NCBI GenBank assembly: GCA_017889745.1
Contig: JAGGAG010000001.1
Span: 1 to 58,511 of the forward strand
DNA from: Gemmatimonadota bacterium
Lineage (GTDB): Bacteria; Gemmatimonadota; Gemmatimonadetes; Gemmatimonadales; GWC2-71-9
DNA: 58,511 nt
Reading direction: 5' to 3'
The translations under genes were made by a program, and so were the position numbers. A model generated the notes under the pieces. It saw only the letters and a list, made by a program, of their open reading frames with translations. It was not told the origin of the DNA and searched no databases. The first letter of the stretch is position 1. Every line of letters begins with the position of its first letter. This document shows, one piece after another, positions 1-13,261 of the stretch.

Positions 1-145
1 CGGCCAGCGGGGTCGCGAGCACCGCCAGCGTGCCGGCGGCGGCGACGATGTTCCCGAGATGTTTTGGCGACACCGGAATCTCTGGCGAGGGAGCGGATGG
101 CTGTCCCTCAGAAGTATGGCAGGCGGAACCCGGTGCTGCCAGTGC

Positions 146-1057
146 CTAGGGAACGGCCCGGCGCGGAGCGCCCTTCACCGGCAGCAGTGCCGGGGGCTCG
201 TCCCCGAGCCAGTTGATCTCCAGCCGGCCGGCCGGCTCGAACTCCACGGTGCCATCGCCGTGCGCCACGCCGGACGGGTTGATCTGCAGCAGTTCATCGA
301 GGCTGTACAGCTCGACCGTCAACTCGTAGCGGTGCGGGCCCTGCCGCAGTCGCTTCACGATGACCGGGGTGCTCGGGCCGAGCGTGGAGATGGTTCCCAC
401 GAGCCGGCCGTCGATCCTGATCCGCACCAGTCCGCGGAGGCGCGCGGCAGCATCAGGCCCGAGTTCGATGGTCGTGGCATCTGCCTCGGCTACGCCGCGC
501 ACCGGTGCGGCGGCCTCGGCCTCGGGGTCAGCCTGCACCGCGGGAAGGCAGGCGAGCAGGTTCGCCGCCCGGCGCGAACCGGACGGATGGAAGCGATCGT
601 GGCTGAACAGGCCCATGCGGGTGAAGAACTGCACCGCGGCCTCGACCGAGGCCCGGCCGGTGCGCGCGAGCCGGGCCGCGGCGTAGCAGTCCGCCTCGAG
701 CTCCTGCCGCTGGCGAATCTCGGCCACGCTCGAGTCGCGGCCGGCCAGGGCGCCGCCGACGTGCTCGTAGTACACGTGCCCGTACTCATGGGCGATGAAG
801 AATTCGCGGAGCAGCGGGCCGACGCGCTCGATGAGGGTCGGATTGAAATAGATGACGGGGCGACCATTCTCCCGGCGCGTCACCGCCACGTCGCTCAGGG
901 TGTCCGTGGGCAGCAGCGTCACGTCGGTCATCAGCGGCTCCTGGGCGCGCAGCATCCCCGGCACGCTCCCGAGCGCCAGGAAGAGCATCGCGATTCCGCT
1001 TCGCACCGGCATGCCGTCCATCCTTCCGTTGGCCGGCGACCAGGTCGCCAACGCCAT
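146..1057 (-). CDS. secreted putative zinc metallopeptidase (HExxH: HEYGH)
   Basis: 303-aa ORF with a signal-like N-terminus (GIAMLFLALGSVPGMLRAQ). It carries a HEYGHVYYEH motif plus a downstream ELEAD. The overlapping + strand ORF 59..1216 is R/G-rich shadow. The true start may be an internal Met. Confidence 0.6.
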   Translation of the reverse strand: MALATWSPANGRMDGMPVRSGIAMLFLALGSVPGMLRAQEPLMTDVTLLPTDTLSDVAVTRRENGRPVIYFNPTLIERVGPLLREFFIAHEYGHVYYEHVGGALAGRDSSVAEIRQRQELEADCYAAARLARTGRASVEAAVQFFTRMGLFSHDRFHPSGSRRAANLLACLPAVQADPEAEAAAPVRGVAEADATTIELGPDAAARLRGLVRIRIDGRLVGTISTLGPSTPVIVKRLRQGPHRYELTVELYSLDELLQINPSGVAHGDGTVEFEPAGRLEINWLGDEPPALLPVKGAPRRAVP

Positions 1058-1536
1058 CGCCCCCGCGACATCAAGAGATCGAGGCGCGGGGGCGAATGGC
1101 GGGTGCCATTGCTGGTGCTTCGATCCCGTTGGCTACATCAGACCCTTCGTCCGGGGTTCCGGTTCCGGCCGGTGCAGAGGTGCACCGGCACTGGCGCTGT
1201 GCTGCGGCGCCCGTAAGCGGCGAGTACTCCGCCGAGTGTCCCGAGGATCAGTAGCAGTGCAGCCAACATCGGCTCGTCCAGGTGATGGTCTGATTTCCCA
1301 GTACGCATCCCCCGAGCCAGAAGATTACCGGCACCGGTCAGGGGGCGATCAAGAAGGGGGCTGGCCCGGCCCAAGTGGCGTCCTGGCAAGCAGTAACGGC
1401 GCGGGCTGGTACCCGCCGCCCCGTCCCTGCCGGGCTGCGGCGCCGGGCTCCGCCGTCGGCCGGCGCGGCCCATTCGCCGCATCGTGCCGAGCCGCGCTGT
1501 TGCAGCCCGCACCGGTGCGGCCCATCTTCCACTCGA

Positions 1537-4430
<2,894 letters not shown>

Positions 4431-4625
4431 GCCCCCCCTGTCGAACGGTTGAAAGTCTGCCGGAAGCTATGTCGGTCGGATTGACAGGGCGACGGCAGAG
4501 GCGCTTGCCACCTCTCCCCATCACTCTGCCGAAACGACCGAACCCGCTGGCATATCGGTTGAATCTCCGCCGGGCAGGAGCCAGTCGCGTGGGCTGGCCT
4601 GAATCCCTTCACAGCGGAGGACATC

Positions 4626-5078
4626 ATGCGGTACGGATTGACCCAGCGTCCTGCGGACGCCTTCCAGAACCTTCGTCGCCTCAACTCGTTCCTGGACGAG
4701 GCCGTCAGCGGCTTCCCGTTCGGCGCCGAGAGCGGCACGCTGACGGCTGCGTGGACGCCGGCGGTCGACGTCTTCGAGGACAAGGATGCGGTGAAGATCG
4801 TGGCGGAACTGCCCGGCGTGAAGCCGGAGGACGTGAAGATCTCGCTGGAGAACCAGACCCTGACCGTTCGCGGCGAGAAGAAGCAGGTGGCCGAGGAGAA
4901 GACGGAGCGGGTGCACCGCTACGAGCGGATGTACGGGGCATTCGAGCGGACGTTCGCGCTGCCGGGCACGGTGGACGCCGATCGGATCGAGGCGGCCTTT
5001 GCGGATGGCCTGCTCACGGTGACGATGCCCAAGGTGGAGCGGGCCCGGCCGCGGCAGATCGAGATCCGGACCAGGTAA
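4626..5078 (+). CDS. hsp20: Hsp20/alpha-crystallin small heat-shock protein
   Basis: 150 aa with an alpha-crystallin core (PAVDVFEDKDAVKIVAELPGVKPEDVKISLENQTLTVRGEKK ... FERTFALPGTVDADRIEAAFADGLLTVTMPK). SD GGAGGA lies upstream of the ATG. Confidence 0.9.
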   Translation: MRYGLTQRPADAFQNLRRLNSFLDEAVSGFPFGAESGTLTAAWTPAVDVFEDKDAVKIVAELPGVKPEDVKISLENQTLTVRGEKKQVAEEKTERVHRYERMYGAFERTFALPGTVDADRIEAAFADGLLTVTMPKVERARPRQIEIRTR

Positions 5079-5084
5079 GCCAGG

Positions 5085-5741
5085 TCAGCCCTCGACCAGC
5101 CCTGTCTCGAGGGCGAACTTGGTCAGGCCGGCCACCGTGCGGATGCCGAGTTTCTTCATCAGGCTCTCGCGGTGGGTCTCGACGGTGCGGTGGGAGATGC
5201 CGAGTTCGCTGGCGATCTCCTTGTTGGTGAGGCCGCGCGCGATGCCGGCGAGCACCTCGCGTTCCCGGCCGGTGAGCAGGTCGAGGTCGGTGTTGCGCTG
5301 CTCGCGGGCGATGTCGCCCCGGACGGCCTCGGAAAGGCGGGCGGCGACGGCCGGGCTGAAGTAGGCCTCGCCGCCCAGGACGGTGCGTATCGCGGTGGCC
5401 AGCTCCTGCGCCGCGCCGTCCTTGAGGAGGTAGCCGTGCGCGCCGGCTCGTACGCTCTCGAGCACGTACTCGGTGTTGTCGTACATGCTCAGAATGAGCA
5501 CGCGAATATGCGGCAGCGCGTGCCGCAGGCGCACGGCCGCCTGCAGCCCTGTCTCGACCGGCATCGAGATGTCGAGTACGGCCACGTCGGGCTGCTGCGA
5601 CTCTGCGAGCGGCAGGACCTCGGTGCCGTTCGTCGCCTCACCCACCACCAGGAAGCCCTCGCGCTCGAGCACGCTCCGTATGCCCTCGCGCACCATGGCG
5701 TGATCGTCGGCGACGAGCACGCGGATCGGGTTCTCGGTCAT
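5085..5741 (-). CDS. NarL/FixJ-family response regulator (REC + LuxR HTH)
   Basis: Receiver domain (VLVADDH...DVAVLDISMP) plus a C-terminal LuxR-type HTH (LTGREREVLAGIARGLTNKEIASELGISHRTVETH). Its start overlaps the kinase stop by 4 nt. Confidence 0.9.
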   Translation of the reverse strand: MTENPIRVLVADDHAMVREGIRSVLEREGFLVVGEATNGTEVLPLAESQQPDVAVLDISMPVETGLQAAVRLRHALPHIRVLILSMYDNTEYVLESVRAGAHGYLLKDGAAQELATAIRTVLGGEAYFSPAVAARLSEAVRGDIAREQRNTDLDLLTGREREVLAGIARGLTNKEIASELGISHRTVETHRESLMKKLGIRTVAGLTKFALETGLVEG

Positions 5742-7519
5742 GCCGCCTCCCCCGCGCTGATCGGTACCTGTACCTCGACGCGCGCGCCGGCACCTGGGCG
5801 CCCGTCGAAGCGTACGCTGCCGCCGAGTGCCGAGATGCGTTCGCGCATGCCGGTCAGTCCCATGTGTCCCTCACGCTCGAGCAGAGCAGTGTCGGTGGTG
5901 TGCGGTCCACTGCCGTCGTCGGCGACCACGAGCATCAATGTGCGTCCCCGCAGCGCGATCTGCACGGAGACCGTCTTGGCGTTGGCGTGGCGCACGACGT
6001 TGGAGAGAGCTTCCTGCAGCGCCCGGAATACTGCCAGTTCCGCGTCCTTCGACAGTGCCGGCAGCCCCTGCGGCGCTTCGAGCGTGATGCGGATGGCGCT
6101 CCGCTCGCTGAAATCGGCTACCAGCGACCGGAGCGCGGGCAGGAGCCCGAGGTCGTCGAGCAGCGACGGACGGAGGTCGTTCACCACGCTGCGGATGCCT
6201 CGAATTCCCTTGTCGATGAGGCCGAGCATGCGCTCCAGCCGCGGCGCCGCGATGCCGGGAACCTGACCCCGCAGCAGCTCCAGCTCCATCTTGACCGCCG
6301 AGAATACCTGCGCGGTCTCGTCGTGCAACTCGCGTGAGAGGCGGCGGCGCTCCTCTTCGTGCTGCTCCAGCATCCTGGCCGAAAGGCGGGCGAGCTCGAC
6401 GGTGCGCGCCTGCAGCTTTTCGTGGAGGTCGGCATTGGCCAGTGCCGCGCCGACCTGACGGCCCAGCGCCTGGAGAAAGTCGTCGTCGAGGGCGGTGAAC
6501 GGATCGCGGGCATCGCCGGTGAGGACCAGGGCGCCCGAGGCGTCCGTGCCGGTGAAGACGGGGAGCACCGCAACGTAGGCGATCGCGTCCCGCCCGCTGT
6601 TCCCGGGGATCATCAGTCCGCCATCGGTCACCTGCGGCCGTCCAGTGCTCATCGCCGTCTGCAGCGCCAGGGCGGTGGCGGCCTCGGGTGGACTCCCCGT
6701 CCAGTTGGCGATCTGCCCGGCCCCGCGCTCGAACCGGCCGGTCTCGCGGAGGTAGAGGGCGCTTCCGCGCACGGCGGGCAGCGTGAGGGGGCGCGCCAGC
6801 AGTGCCGTGAGCACGTCGCCCCGTCCGCGCCGCTGGAGGTCGCCGGAGAGCTCGGTGAGGGCGCGGAGGCCGCGGCCGAGGTCGTCCAGCACGAGGACCA
6901 TGATTCCGGCGCCCACCGCGAGTGCGAAGGCGATGTCCAGGTAGTACCCCCATGGAGCCCACGCACCCCGGGCGCGGAGGAACGGATAGTCGAGGTGGTG
7001 CACGCTCCACAGGATGAAGGCACACGCCAGGATGCCGGCGCCGGTGGAGCCCACCAGCTTCCAGTACCGGAGGAACACCCAGCCGGTCCAGAGCGTCGCG
7101 AGGCTCAGGAACAGCACGGCGGGTCCCGCCGCGAGGAGGAAGTTGTCCATCTGGTAGATGGCGATGTACGCCCACAGGAGCGGAAACAACGCGGCCAGGA
7201 GGTACGTGGACCGCCAGCGCACCTGGCGTGAAAAGACGAGCGCCGCCCAGAGCAGCGCGAGCGCCGTCCATCCGGTGATCACCTGGTGCCAGTAGAGCCA
7301 GGTCCAGTTGCGGGTGAGCAGGAACCCCATGATCGCGCCGAGGCGCAGCACATAGAGTCCCCACGCCGTGGCGTACCAGGCGAAGTAGGTCTTGCCGTAG
7401 CGCTGGTAGAGGAAGGCACAGAGCAGCGCCAGGCAGCCGGTGATGGCGGCCTGGAGGATCGCCGCGTCGAGTTCGAGCGCGGTGGCCAGCGGGATGGGGG
7501 TTTGCACTGCCCAAATCAA
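5738..7519 (-). CDS. multi-TM sensor histidine kinase (GAF + HisKA_3 + HATPase_c)
   Basis: The N-terminal ~210 aa are polytopic and hydrophobic, followed by a GAF-like middle region. The H-box is ELHDETAQ. The C-terminus is an ATPase domain (NVVRHANA...DDGSG...GLTGMRER). Confidence 0.85.
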   Translation of the reverse strand: MIWAVQTPIPLATALELDAAILQAAITGCLALLCAFLYQRYGKTYFAWYATAWGLYVLRLGAIMGFLLTRNWTWLYWHQVITGWTALALLWAALVFSRQVRWRSTYLLAALFPLLWAYIAIYQMDNFLLAAGPAVLFLSLATLWTGWVFLRYWKLVGSTGAGILACAFILWSVHHLDYPFLRARGAWAPWGYYLDIAFALAVGAGIMVLVLDDLGRGLRALTELSGDLQRRGRGDVLTALLARPLTLPAVRGSALYLRETGRFERGAGQIANWTGSPPEAATALALQTAMSTGRPQVTDGGLMIPGNSGRDAIAYVAVLPVFTGTDASGALVLTGDARDPFTALDDDFLQALGRQVGAALANADLHEKLQARTVELARLSARMLEQHEEERRRLSRELHDETAQVFSAVKMELELLRGQVPGIAAPRLERMLGLIDKGIRGIRSVVNDLRPSLLDDLGLLPALRSLVADFSERSAIRITLEAPQGLPALSKDAELAVFRALQEALSNVVRHANAKTVSVQIALRGRTLMLVVADDGSGPHTTDTALLEREGHMGLTGMRERISALGGSVRFDGRPGAGARVEVQVPISAGEAA

Positions 7520-7579
7520 GCGGCGTCATGCCGTTACTTTCAACTGGGTAGTCCACCGGATGCTCGAAGGATCCCGCAC

Positions 7580-8716
7580 ATGCCAGCCAGTACCCCGGAG
7601 CAGCCGGCGGTCGAGTTTCGTGGCGTGGCCAAGCGCTATGGCTCGACGCCGGCGGTGCGCGACCTGTCGTTCACGGTTGGCCGGGGCGAGTTCTTCTCCC
7701 TGCTCGGGCCGTCGGGCTGCGGCAAGACCACGACGCTGCGGCTGCTCGCAGGCTTCGAAACGCCGGACGCCGGCGAGATCCGCCTGTTCGGCGAGGCGGT
7801 GAACCGCCGGCGCCCCTATGAGCGCGACCTCGCCATGGTCTTCCAGAGCTACGCGCTGTTTCCGCACCTCTCGGTGGAGCGGAACGTGGCGTTCGGGCTG
7901 GAGCAGCGAAAGCGGCCGGCCCGCGAGATCCGCGACCGGGTGCGCGCCGCGCTCGAGCTCGTACGTCTCGACCCGGGGACCTTTGCGACTCGCCGGCCTT
8001 CCGAGCTCTCGGGCGGCCAGCGGCAGCGCGTTGCGCTCGCACGGGCGCTGGTGCTCGAGCCCCGCGTGCTGCTGCTCGACGAGCCGCTCGGCGCGCTCGA
8101 CCTCAAGCTCAGGAAGGAAATGCAGGTCGAGCTCAAGGCACTGAACCTGCAGCTGGGCGTGACGTTCATTCATGTCACTCATGACCAGGAGGAGGCGCTG
8201 GCCATGAGCGACCGGCTCGCGGTCATGAACCAGGCCGAGATCGCACAGGTGGGCACGCCGGCCGAGATCTACGAGAACCCGCGCACCGCGTTCGTCGCCG
8301 ACTTCATCGGGGAAGCGAACTTCCTGGAGGGCAAGGCGGCCGGGCGGCCGGGCGGCGAGGCGGCGCGCGGATCGCTCGAGGGATGGGTGATCACCGGCGA
8401 CGCTGGCAGCTTTGTCGTTCCCCCGCATTGGGCGATCTCGGAAGGCGGCGACGTCCGTATCGCCGTCCGCCCGGAGTGGCTGGACCTGTGGCGGCCGGGG
8501 TGCCTGCCCCGCGGCGAGAACGGCCTGCCCGCCACGATTCAGGACCTCGTCTATCTCGGCGAGACGATCCACGTGCGGGTGACCCTTGCGAACGGGCGCG
8601 TGATGATCATCGCGCTCCGCAACGAGGGCCAGCTGATCAAGCCGCTCCCGTGGAACCGGGGCGACAGCTGCATCGTTGCGTGGCGGCCCGAGGACTGCCA
8701 GGTGCTCGAAGGGTGA
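7580..8716 (+). CDS. potA: spermidine/putrescine ABC transporter ATP-binding protein
   Basis: Walker A GPSGCGKTT, signature LSGGQRQRVALARAL and Walker B LLLDEP, with a C-terminal TOBE-like domain. ATG 7580 (MPASTPEQ) was chosen; the upstream part of track ORF 7286.. overlaps the divergent kinase gene. Confidence 0.9.
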   Translation: MPASTPEQPAVEFRGVAKRYGSTPAVRDLSFTVGRGEFFSLLGPSGCGKTTTLRLLAGFETPDAGEIRLFGEAVNRRRPYERDLAMVFQSYALFPHLSVERNVAFGLEQRKRPAREIRDRVRAALELVRLDPGTFATRRPSELSGGQRQRVALARALVLEPRVLLLDEPLGALDLKLRKEMQVELKALNLQLGVTFIHVTHDQEEALAMSDRLAVMNQAEIAQVGTPAEIYENPRTAFVADFIGEANFLEGKAAGRPGGEAARGSLEGWVITGDAGSFVVPPHWAISEGGDVRIAVRPEWLDLWRPGCLPRGENGLPATIQDLVYLGETIHVRVTLANGRVMIIALRNEGQLIKPLPWNRGDSCIVAWRPEDCQVLEG

Positions 8717-8721
8717 GGGAC

Positions 8722-9615
8722 ATGCGGCGCGGCATCCTGCGCTGGATCGCGCGCCATCCGCGATCGCCGGGCGCGCTGCTCCTCGGGCCGGGCGGGCTCT
8801 GGCTTCTCGCCTTCTTCCTGCTGCCGATCCTGATCCTGCTGGTGTACAGCGTCATGCCGCGCGGCGCCTACGGCGGCGTGCAACCGGGCTTCACCCTGGA
8901 GCACTACCGCCGGTTCCTCGATCCCCTGTACCTCGGGATTCTCCGGCGCACCATCTGGCTCTCCTTCCTGTGCACCCTCGCCTGCCTCCTGCTCGCATAC
9001 CCTACGGCGTTCTACATCGCGAGGAGCGGCCCCCGGCGGAACCTGTTCCTGTTCCTCGCGGTACTGCCGTTCTGGACCAGCTCGCTGGTGCGCACGTACG
9101 CCATGATCTTCCTGCTGCGGGACAGCGGGCTCATCAACCGCGCGCTGATGGACGCGGGGCTGATCCAGCTGCCGCTCCGGCTGCTCTACACCGAGGGCGC
9201 GGTGCTCGCGGGCCTGGTCTACGGGGCGCTGCCCTTCATGATCCTGCCGATCTACGCATCGATCGAGAAGCTGGATCCGGCGCTGCTGGAAGCTGCCGAG
9301 GGCCTGGGCGCGCGATCCTGGTCGCGCTTCACCCGGGTGGTGTGGCCGCTGACGGCGCCGGGCGTGGCCGCCGGGTCGCTGCTGGTCTTCGTGCCGTCGC
9401 TCGGCTCCTTCGTGGTGCCCGACCTTCTCGGCGGCGCGCGGCAGATGATGATCGGGAACCTGATCCAGAATCAGTTCGGCCCGTCGCGCAACTGGCCCTT
9501 CGGGTCGGCGGCCGCATTCGCAGTGATGGCGCTGGTCCTGGTGGCGATGCTTGGCGTACTGCGCATGAAAGGCCTCGATGACGAGCATGGTACGTCGAAG
9601 GGGCGTGGCGCATGA
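8722..9615 (+). CDS. potB: polyamine ABC transporter permease
   Basis: Six-TM permease with an EAA-type loop (LEAAEGLGARSWSRFTRVVWPL). The ATG lies 6 nt after the potA stop. Confidence 0.85.
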   Translation: MRRGILRWIARHPRSPGALLLGPGGLWLLAFFLLPILILLVYSVMPRGAYGGVQPGFTLEHYRRFLDPLYLGILRRTIWLSFLCTLACLLLAYPTAFYIARSGPRRNLFLFLAVLPFWTSSLVRTYAMIFLLRDSGLINRALMDAGLIQLPLRLLYTEGAVLAGLVYGALPFMILPIYASIEKLDPALLEAAEGLGARSWSRFTRVVWPLTAPGVAAGSLLVFVPSLGSFVVPDLLGGARQMMIGNLIQNQFGPSRNWPFGSAAAFAVMALVLVAMLGVLRMKGLDDEHGTSKGRGA

Positions 9616-10397
9616 CGGCGAGGCGCGTGCCGTTCGCCGTGTCCGCCACGGCCGTGGTCACCTATGCGTTCCTGCACCTTCCGCTGCTCGTCCTGATCGC
9701 CTTCTCGTTCAACCGCTCGCGCTTCGGGGTACAGTGGGGCGGCTTCACCCTCGACTGGTATGCCCGGCTCGCGTTCCGCCCCGACATTCTCCGGGCGATG
9801 CGACTGAGCCTGGTGGTGGGTCTGCTGTCGACCCTGCTCGCGACGGCCATGGGTACCCTGGCGGCAGTGGCGCTGGCCCGTTACCTGCCGCGCGCGCGCC
9901 GAGCCGCGGGGGGGCTGCTCTACCTGCCCATCGTGACGCCCGAGATCGTGGCTGGCGTGTCGCTGCTGGTACTCTTCTCCTGGATGGGCATCGCGCTCGG
10001 TATCACCACGATCGTGATCGCGCACACCGCGTTCAGCATTCCGTTCGTCACCGTGGTGGTGCTGGCCCGGCTGCAGGGTACCGACCACACGCTCGAGGAG
10101 GCCGCCATGAGCCTCGGCGCCGACGAGCTGTCCACCTTCCGGCGCGTGACGCTGCCACAGCTGATGCCGGGCGTGCTCGCGGGCGCGCTGCTCGCGTTCA
10201 CCCTCTCGTTCGACGACTTCGTCACCACGTTCTTCGTATCGGGCGTGGGCTCCACCACCCTCCCGCTCGCGGTCTACTCCATGGTGCGGAAGAGTGTCGA
10301 ACCGACCATCAACGCACTCTCGGCCCTGCTGGTGATGGTGACAACGGTTGCGGTGTACCTGGCAGACCGGCTCGCGCGGGGGAGCACGCGAGCGTGA
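9612..10397 (+). CDS. potC: polyamine ABC transporter permease
   Basis: Permease with the loop LEEAAMSLGADELSTFRRVTLPQL. Overlaps the potB stop by 4 nt. Confidence 0.85.
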   Translation: MTARRVPFAVSATAVVTYAFLHLPLLVLIAFSFNRSRFGVQWGGFTLDWYARLAFRPDILRAMRLSLVVGLLSTLLATAMGTLAAVALARYLPRARRAAGGLLYLPIVTPEIVAGVSLLVLFSWMGIALGITTIVIAHTAFSIPFVTVVVLARLQGTDHTLEEAAMSLGADELSTFRRVTLPQLMPGVLAGALLAFTLSFDDFVTTFFVSGVGSTTLPLAVYSMVRKSVEPTINALSALLVMVTTVAVYLADRLARGSTRA

Positions 10398-11473
10398 CAG
10401 CGAGCGAGCCCGGCCGGCGCGAATTCCTCGCCGCGGCGACGCGCGCGGCCGTCGCGGCGTCGGTGGCCGGGCCGGTGCTGTCCGCCTGCGCGGGCGAACG
10501 GCGCCCGCCGGCGGCCGGGCTGGAGCCGGAACTCAACATCTACAACTGGTTCGACTACATCGGGCCCGACACCATCGCCGGCTTCGAGCAGGAGTTTGGC
10601 GTCCGCGTCACCTACGACACGTACGAGAGCAACGAGGAGATGCTGGGCAAGCTGATGGCCGGTGCCACGGGATATGATCTCGTCGTGCCCACGGGATATC
10701 AGTTGCCGCTGCTGCGCGAGCGCGGGCTCGTGGCGCGGCTGGATCGCTCGAAGCTGACGAACTGGGACAACCTGATGCCGCTCTTCCAGCGCACGCCCGC
10801 CGACCCCGGCGGCGAATACGGGGTGCCGTGGCAGTGGGGGATCACCGGCATCGCCTGGCGCACCGACCTGCTGTCCGCGGCGCCGGAGAGTTGGGGCGCC
10901 TTTCTCGATGGCTCCGCCTCGGGCAGGGCGACGATGCTGGACGACGGGCGCGAGGTGCTGGGCGCGATGCTGCGCTATCGCGGACACTCCCTCAACTCCA
11001 CGGACCCGGCCGAACTGGCCGGCGCGCGGCAGGATGCCATCAAAGCCAAGGCGGACCTGCTGGCCTTCATGACCCTCGCGCTCAAAGGGCAGCTCGCCAG
11101 CGGCGATGTGGCCATGGCGCAGTGCTGGAACGGTGATGCGCGCCAGGCCCAGCGCGAGAATCCCAACATCGCCTTCACCCTGCCGCGCGAAGGCAGCCTC
11201 ATCTTCAACGACTATATGGTGCTGCTCAGGGACGCGCCGCATCCGGCTGCCGCCACCGCCTTCCTCAACTACATCCTCCGCCCCGATGTCGGCGCAGCCA
11301 TCAGCGAAGAGACCGGTTACGGGACGCCGAACCGTGCGGCGCAGGAGCGGATGCGCGATCCCATTCCGTACCCGACACCGGATGAACTGGCGCGGCTCGA
11401 GTACCAGCGTGATCTGGGCGCGGCGACGGCGCTCTGGGACCGGATCTGGACCGAGGTGAAGGCCGCCGCCTAA
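10394..11473 (+). CDS. potD: periplasmic polyamine-binding protein (Tat-type signal)
   Basis: GTG 10394 overlaps the potC stop (GTGA). It has an RREFLAAA twin-arginine signal. The body is PotD/PotF-like (NIYNWFDYIGPDTIAGFEQEFGVRVTYDTYESNEEM). Confidence 0.85.
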   Translation: MTASEPGRREFLAAATRAAVAASVAGPVLSACAGERRPPAAGLEPELNIYNWFDYIGPDTIAGFEQEFGVRVTYDTYESNEEMLGKLMAGATGYDLVVPTGYQLPLLRERGLVARLDRSKLTNWDNLMPLFQRTPADPGGEYGVPWQWGITGIAWRTDLLSAAPESWGAFLDGSASGRATMLDDGREVLGAMLRYRGHSLNSTDPAELAGARQDAIKAKADLLAFMTLALKGQLASGDVAMAQCWNGDARQAQRENPNIAFTLPREGSLIFNDYMVLLRDAPHPAAATAFLNYILRPDVGAAISEETGYGTPNRAAQERMRDPIPYPTPDELARLEYQRDLGAATALWDRIWTEVKAAA

Positions 11474-11541
11474 GCGCTGGTGCCGCCACCGGTTCGGGTT
11501 GCGGCGGCGCCCTTCCGGTGGCACCTTGGGCAAGCACATCT

Positions 11542-13029
11542 ATGTCTACCGCCTGGCCGATTTCTCCTCTCGAGCAGTTCACCCAGCGCTTCGGGGACCT
11601 TGTCGCGCTCCTGCGCGTCGATCCGTCCAACGATGCGGCCCAGGACTTGGCGCTGGAGACCTGCACGGCCATCGCGAACAGCCAGCCAGTCCGGCTCGAA
11701 GCCGGCGTGGAAGTCGTTGGCGAGGAACAACCTCTGAGCCTGAAGAGCCGCTTGCTGGCCCGGCAGGTAGACACGATTGCCATCAGTCCCGGGGTTGAGG
11801 AAGAAGAGTTGCTGCGGCTGGCCCGGGCGCTGGCGCACGACTCGGCGCCGGGCATGTCCAGCCCCCACATCTTGGCTCAGTTGATACCAACGGTCGTTCC
11901 AGGCTGGAACGGTCTCACACTGATGAACGGCGGCTCCGAGACCTTTTCGCCGCCGCGCGACGGCGGTGACCGGCGTCTGGGTGACGAGCGGCGTGACCTG
12001 CTCCGTGGGGTTCGTTACCGCGGTCAGGAGCGCCGCCGCGCGGAGCGGCGGGTCACGGGGGAGCGTCGCCTGGTGCTCGTGAAGCACGTCGCAACCGACG
12101 TGCAGAAGGTCCACGAGCGGCTGGCCCGTGCCATCAAGGAATCCGACTGGCGGACCACGCTGCACCTCGCCTCGGTGCAGTTGCGCACCCTGCCGGCGGT
12201 GCCTTATGAGGACCGACGGCGCCAGTCGATCCTGCTCAAGCGCCTGCTGACGCCAGCCGCGTTCGAGGGTGTCGTGCGCCTGGCGCTCGCCGATCCCGTG
12301 GAGGCCGGGCGCGCGGCGACGGTGCTGCGGTGGGGCGGGCTCGACGCCGCCGAGGTCATGCTGCGGGTGCTGATGGAGGCGGAATCGGTGGGCCCGCGCC
12401 GCATCCTGTTCGAGGTGCTGGGCGGTATGCCGGAGATCTACCCCATCGTCCTGCCGTACCTGCTGGGTGGCTCCGCGCCGGAAGTGCGGCATGCCGCCGA
12501 ACTGGCCGGCCGCCTGCGCAATCCCGCGGCGATCGACCCGCTCAAGCGACGCCTGAACGATCTCGACGAGCGGGTGCGGGCGGCCGTCATCCAGGCACTC
12601 GCCGAGTTTCCCCTGGGTGAAGTGGTGGAGAGCATGCGCATCGCGCTTGCCTCAGCATCACCGTCGACCCGGTTTGCGGCCGTCGATGCCATCGGGCGCC
12701 GCCGGGCGCTGGGCTTCGCGATGCCACTGCTCACGCTGCTGGAGCACGAGCGCGATGCACAGGTCTGGAAGGCGGCGGTCCGCAGCCTGTCGCTCCTGGG
12801 CACGCCTGACGCCTTGACGGGGCTTGCCCGCCTGGCACTGGTGAAGCGCTCCTTCCTGACGGGAAAGGGCTGCTCCGTCGAACAGCGTGTGGAGGTGGTG
12901 CGGGCACTGGCGCAGGTGCCGGGGCAGGGTGTCCGGGGCACTCTCGAGCGCGTTGCCCGCGAGACGGAGGAGCCGGTACGCGGCGAGGCGCTGCGCGCCC
13001 TGCAGGAGCCGATGTCGGCGGCGGGCTAG
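11542..13029 (+). CDS. HEAT-repeat (PBS-lyase-like) protein with uncharacterised N-terminal region
   Basis: The C-terminal half has repeated ...VR.AA..ALG..G...A...L helical units typical of HEAT_2/PBS repeats. The middle is Arg-rich (RRAERRVTGERR). The N-terminal ~200 aa have no motif I recognise. Confidence 0.65.
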   Translation: MSTAWPISPLEQFTQRFGDLVALLRVDPSNDAAQDLALETCTAIANSQPVRLEAGVEVVGEEQPLSLKSRLLARQVDTIAISPGVEEEELLRLARALAHDSAPGMSSPHILAQLIPTVVPGWNGLTLMNGGSETFSPPRDGGDRRLGDERRDLLRGVRYRGQERRRAERRVTGERRLVLVKHVATDVQKVHERLARAIKESDWRTTLHLASVQLRTLPAVPYEDRRRQSILLKRLLTPAAFEGVVRLALADPVEAGRAATVLRWGGLDAAEVMLRVLMEAESVGPRRILFEVLGGMPEIYPIVLPYLLGGSAPEVRHAAELAGRLRNPAAIDPLKRRLNDLDERVRAAVIQALAEFPLGEVVESMRIALASASPSTRFAAVDAIGRRRALGFAMPLLTLLEHERDAQVWKAAVRSLSLLGTPDALTGLARLALVKRSFLTGKGCSVEQRVEVVRALAQVPGQGVRGTLERVARETEEPVRGEALRALQEPMSAAG

Positions 13030-13092
13030 CGGCCCTACCGTTTCTGCGCCGGCGCCCCTACCGTTACGGCCTACCGAATTCCGGGGATCGCA

Positions 13093-13251
13093 ATGAATAC
13101 GTTCGGGATGATCTTCGCGGGCATCGGCGCGGGCGCGATCATCTTCGCCCTCGGCTTCGTGTCGCTCGTGATCGGCGGACTCGTGAACGCGATGATCCTG
13201 CTCATGGCTGGGCCGCTGGTGGACAAGATGCTGGGCAAGAAGGCGGCCTGA
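13093..13251 (+). CDS. small hydrophobic membrane protein (52 aa)
   Basis: Not in the track because it is under 60 aa. Sequence is MNTFGMIFAGIGAGAIIFALGFVSLVIGGLVNAMILLMAGPLVDKMLGKKAA, with GC-rich third codon positions and two predicted TM helices. Confidence 0.35.
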   Translation: MNTFGMIFAGIGAGAIIFALGFVSLVIGGLVNAMILLMAGPLVDKMLGKKAA

Positions 13252-13261
13252 GGCGCCCGAG

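Noticed and set aside
1-73. Possible 5' end of a minus-strand gene leaving the window (GTG at 73: VSPKHLGNIVAAAGTLAVLATPLA…).
   Set aside because: Only 24 codons are visible and there is no SD, which is too little to support a call.
4431-4625. Sigma32-type heat-shock promoter upstream of hsp20 (TTGAAA at ~4448; CTTGCCA…CCCCATCA at ~4505-4527).
   Set aside because: The -35-like and CCCCAT-like elements are not at the 13-17-nt spacing required, so no promoter call was made.
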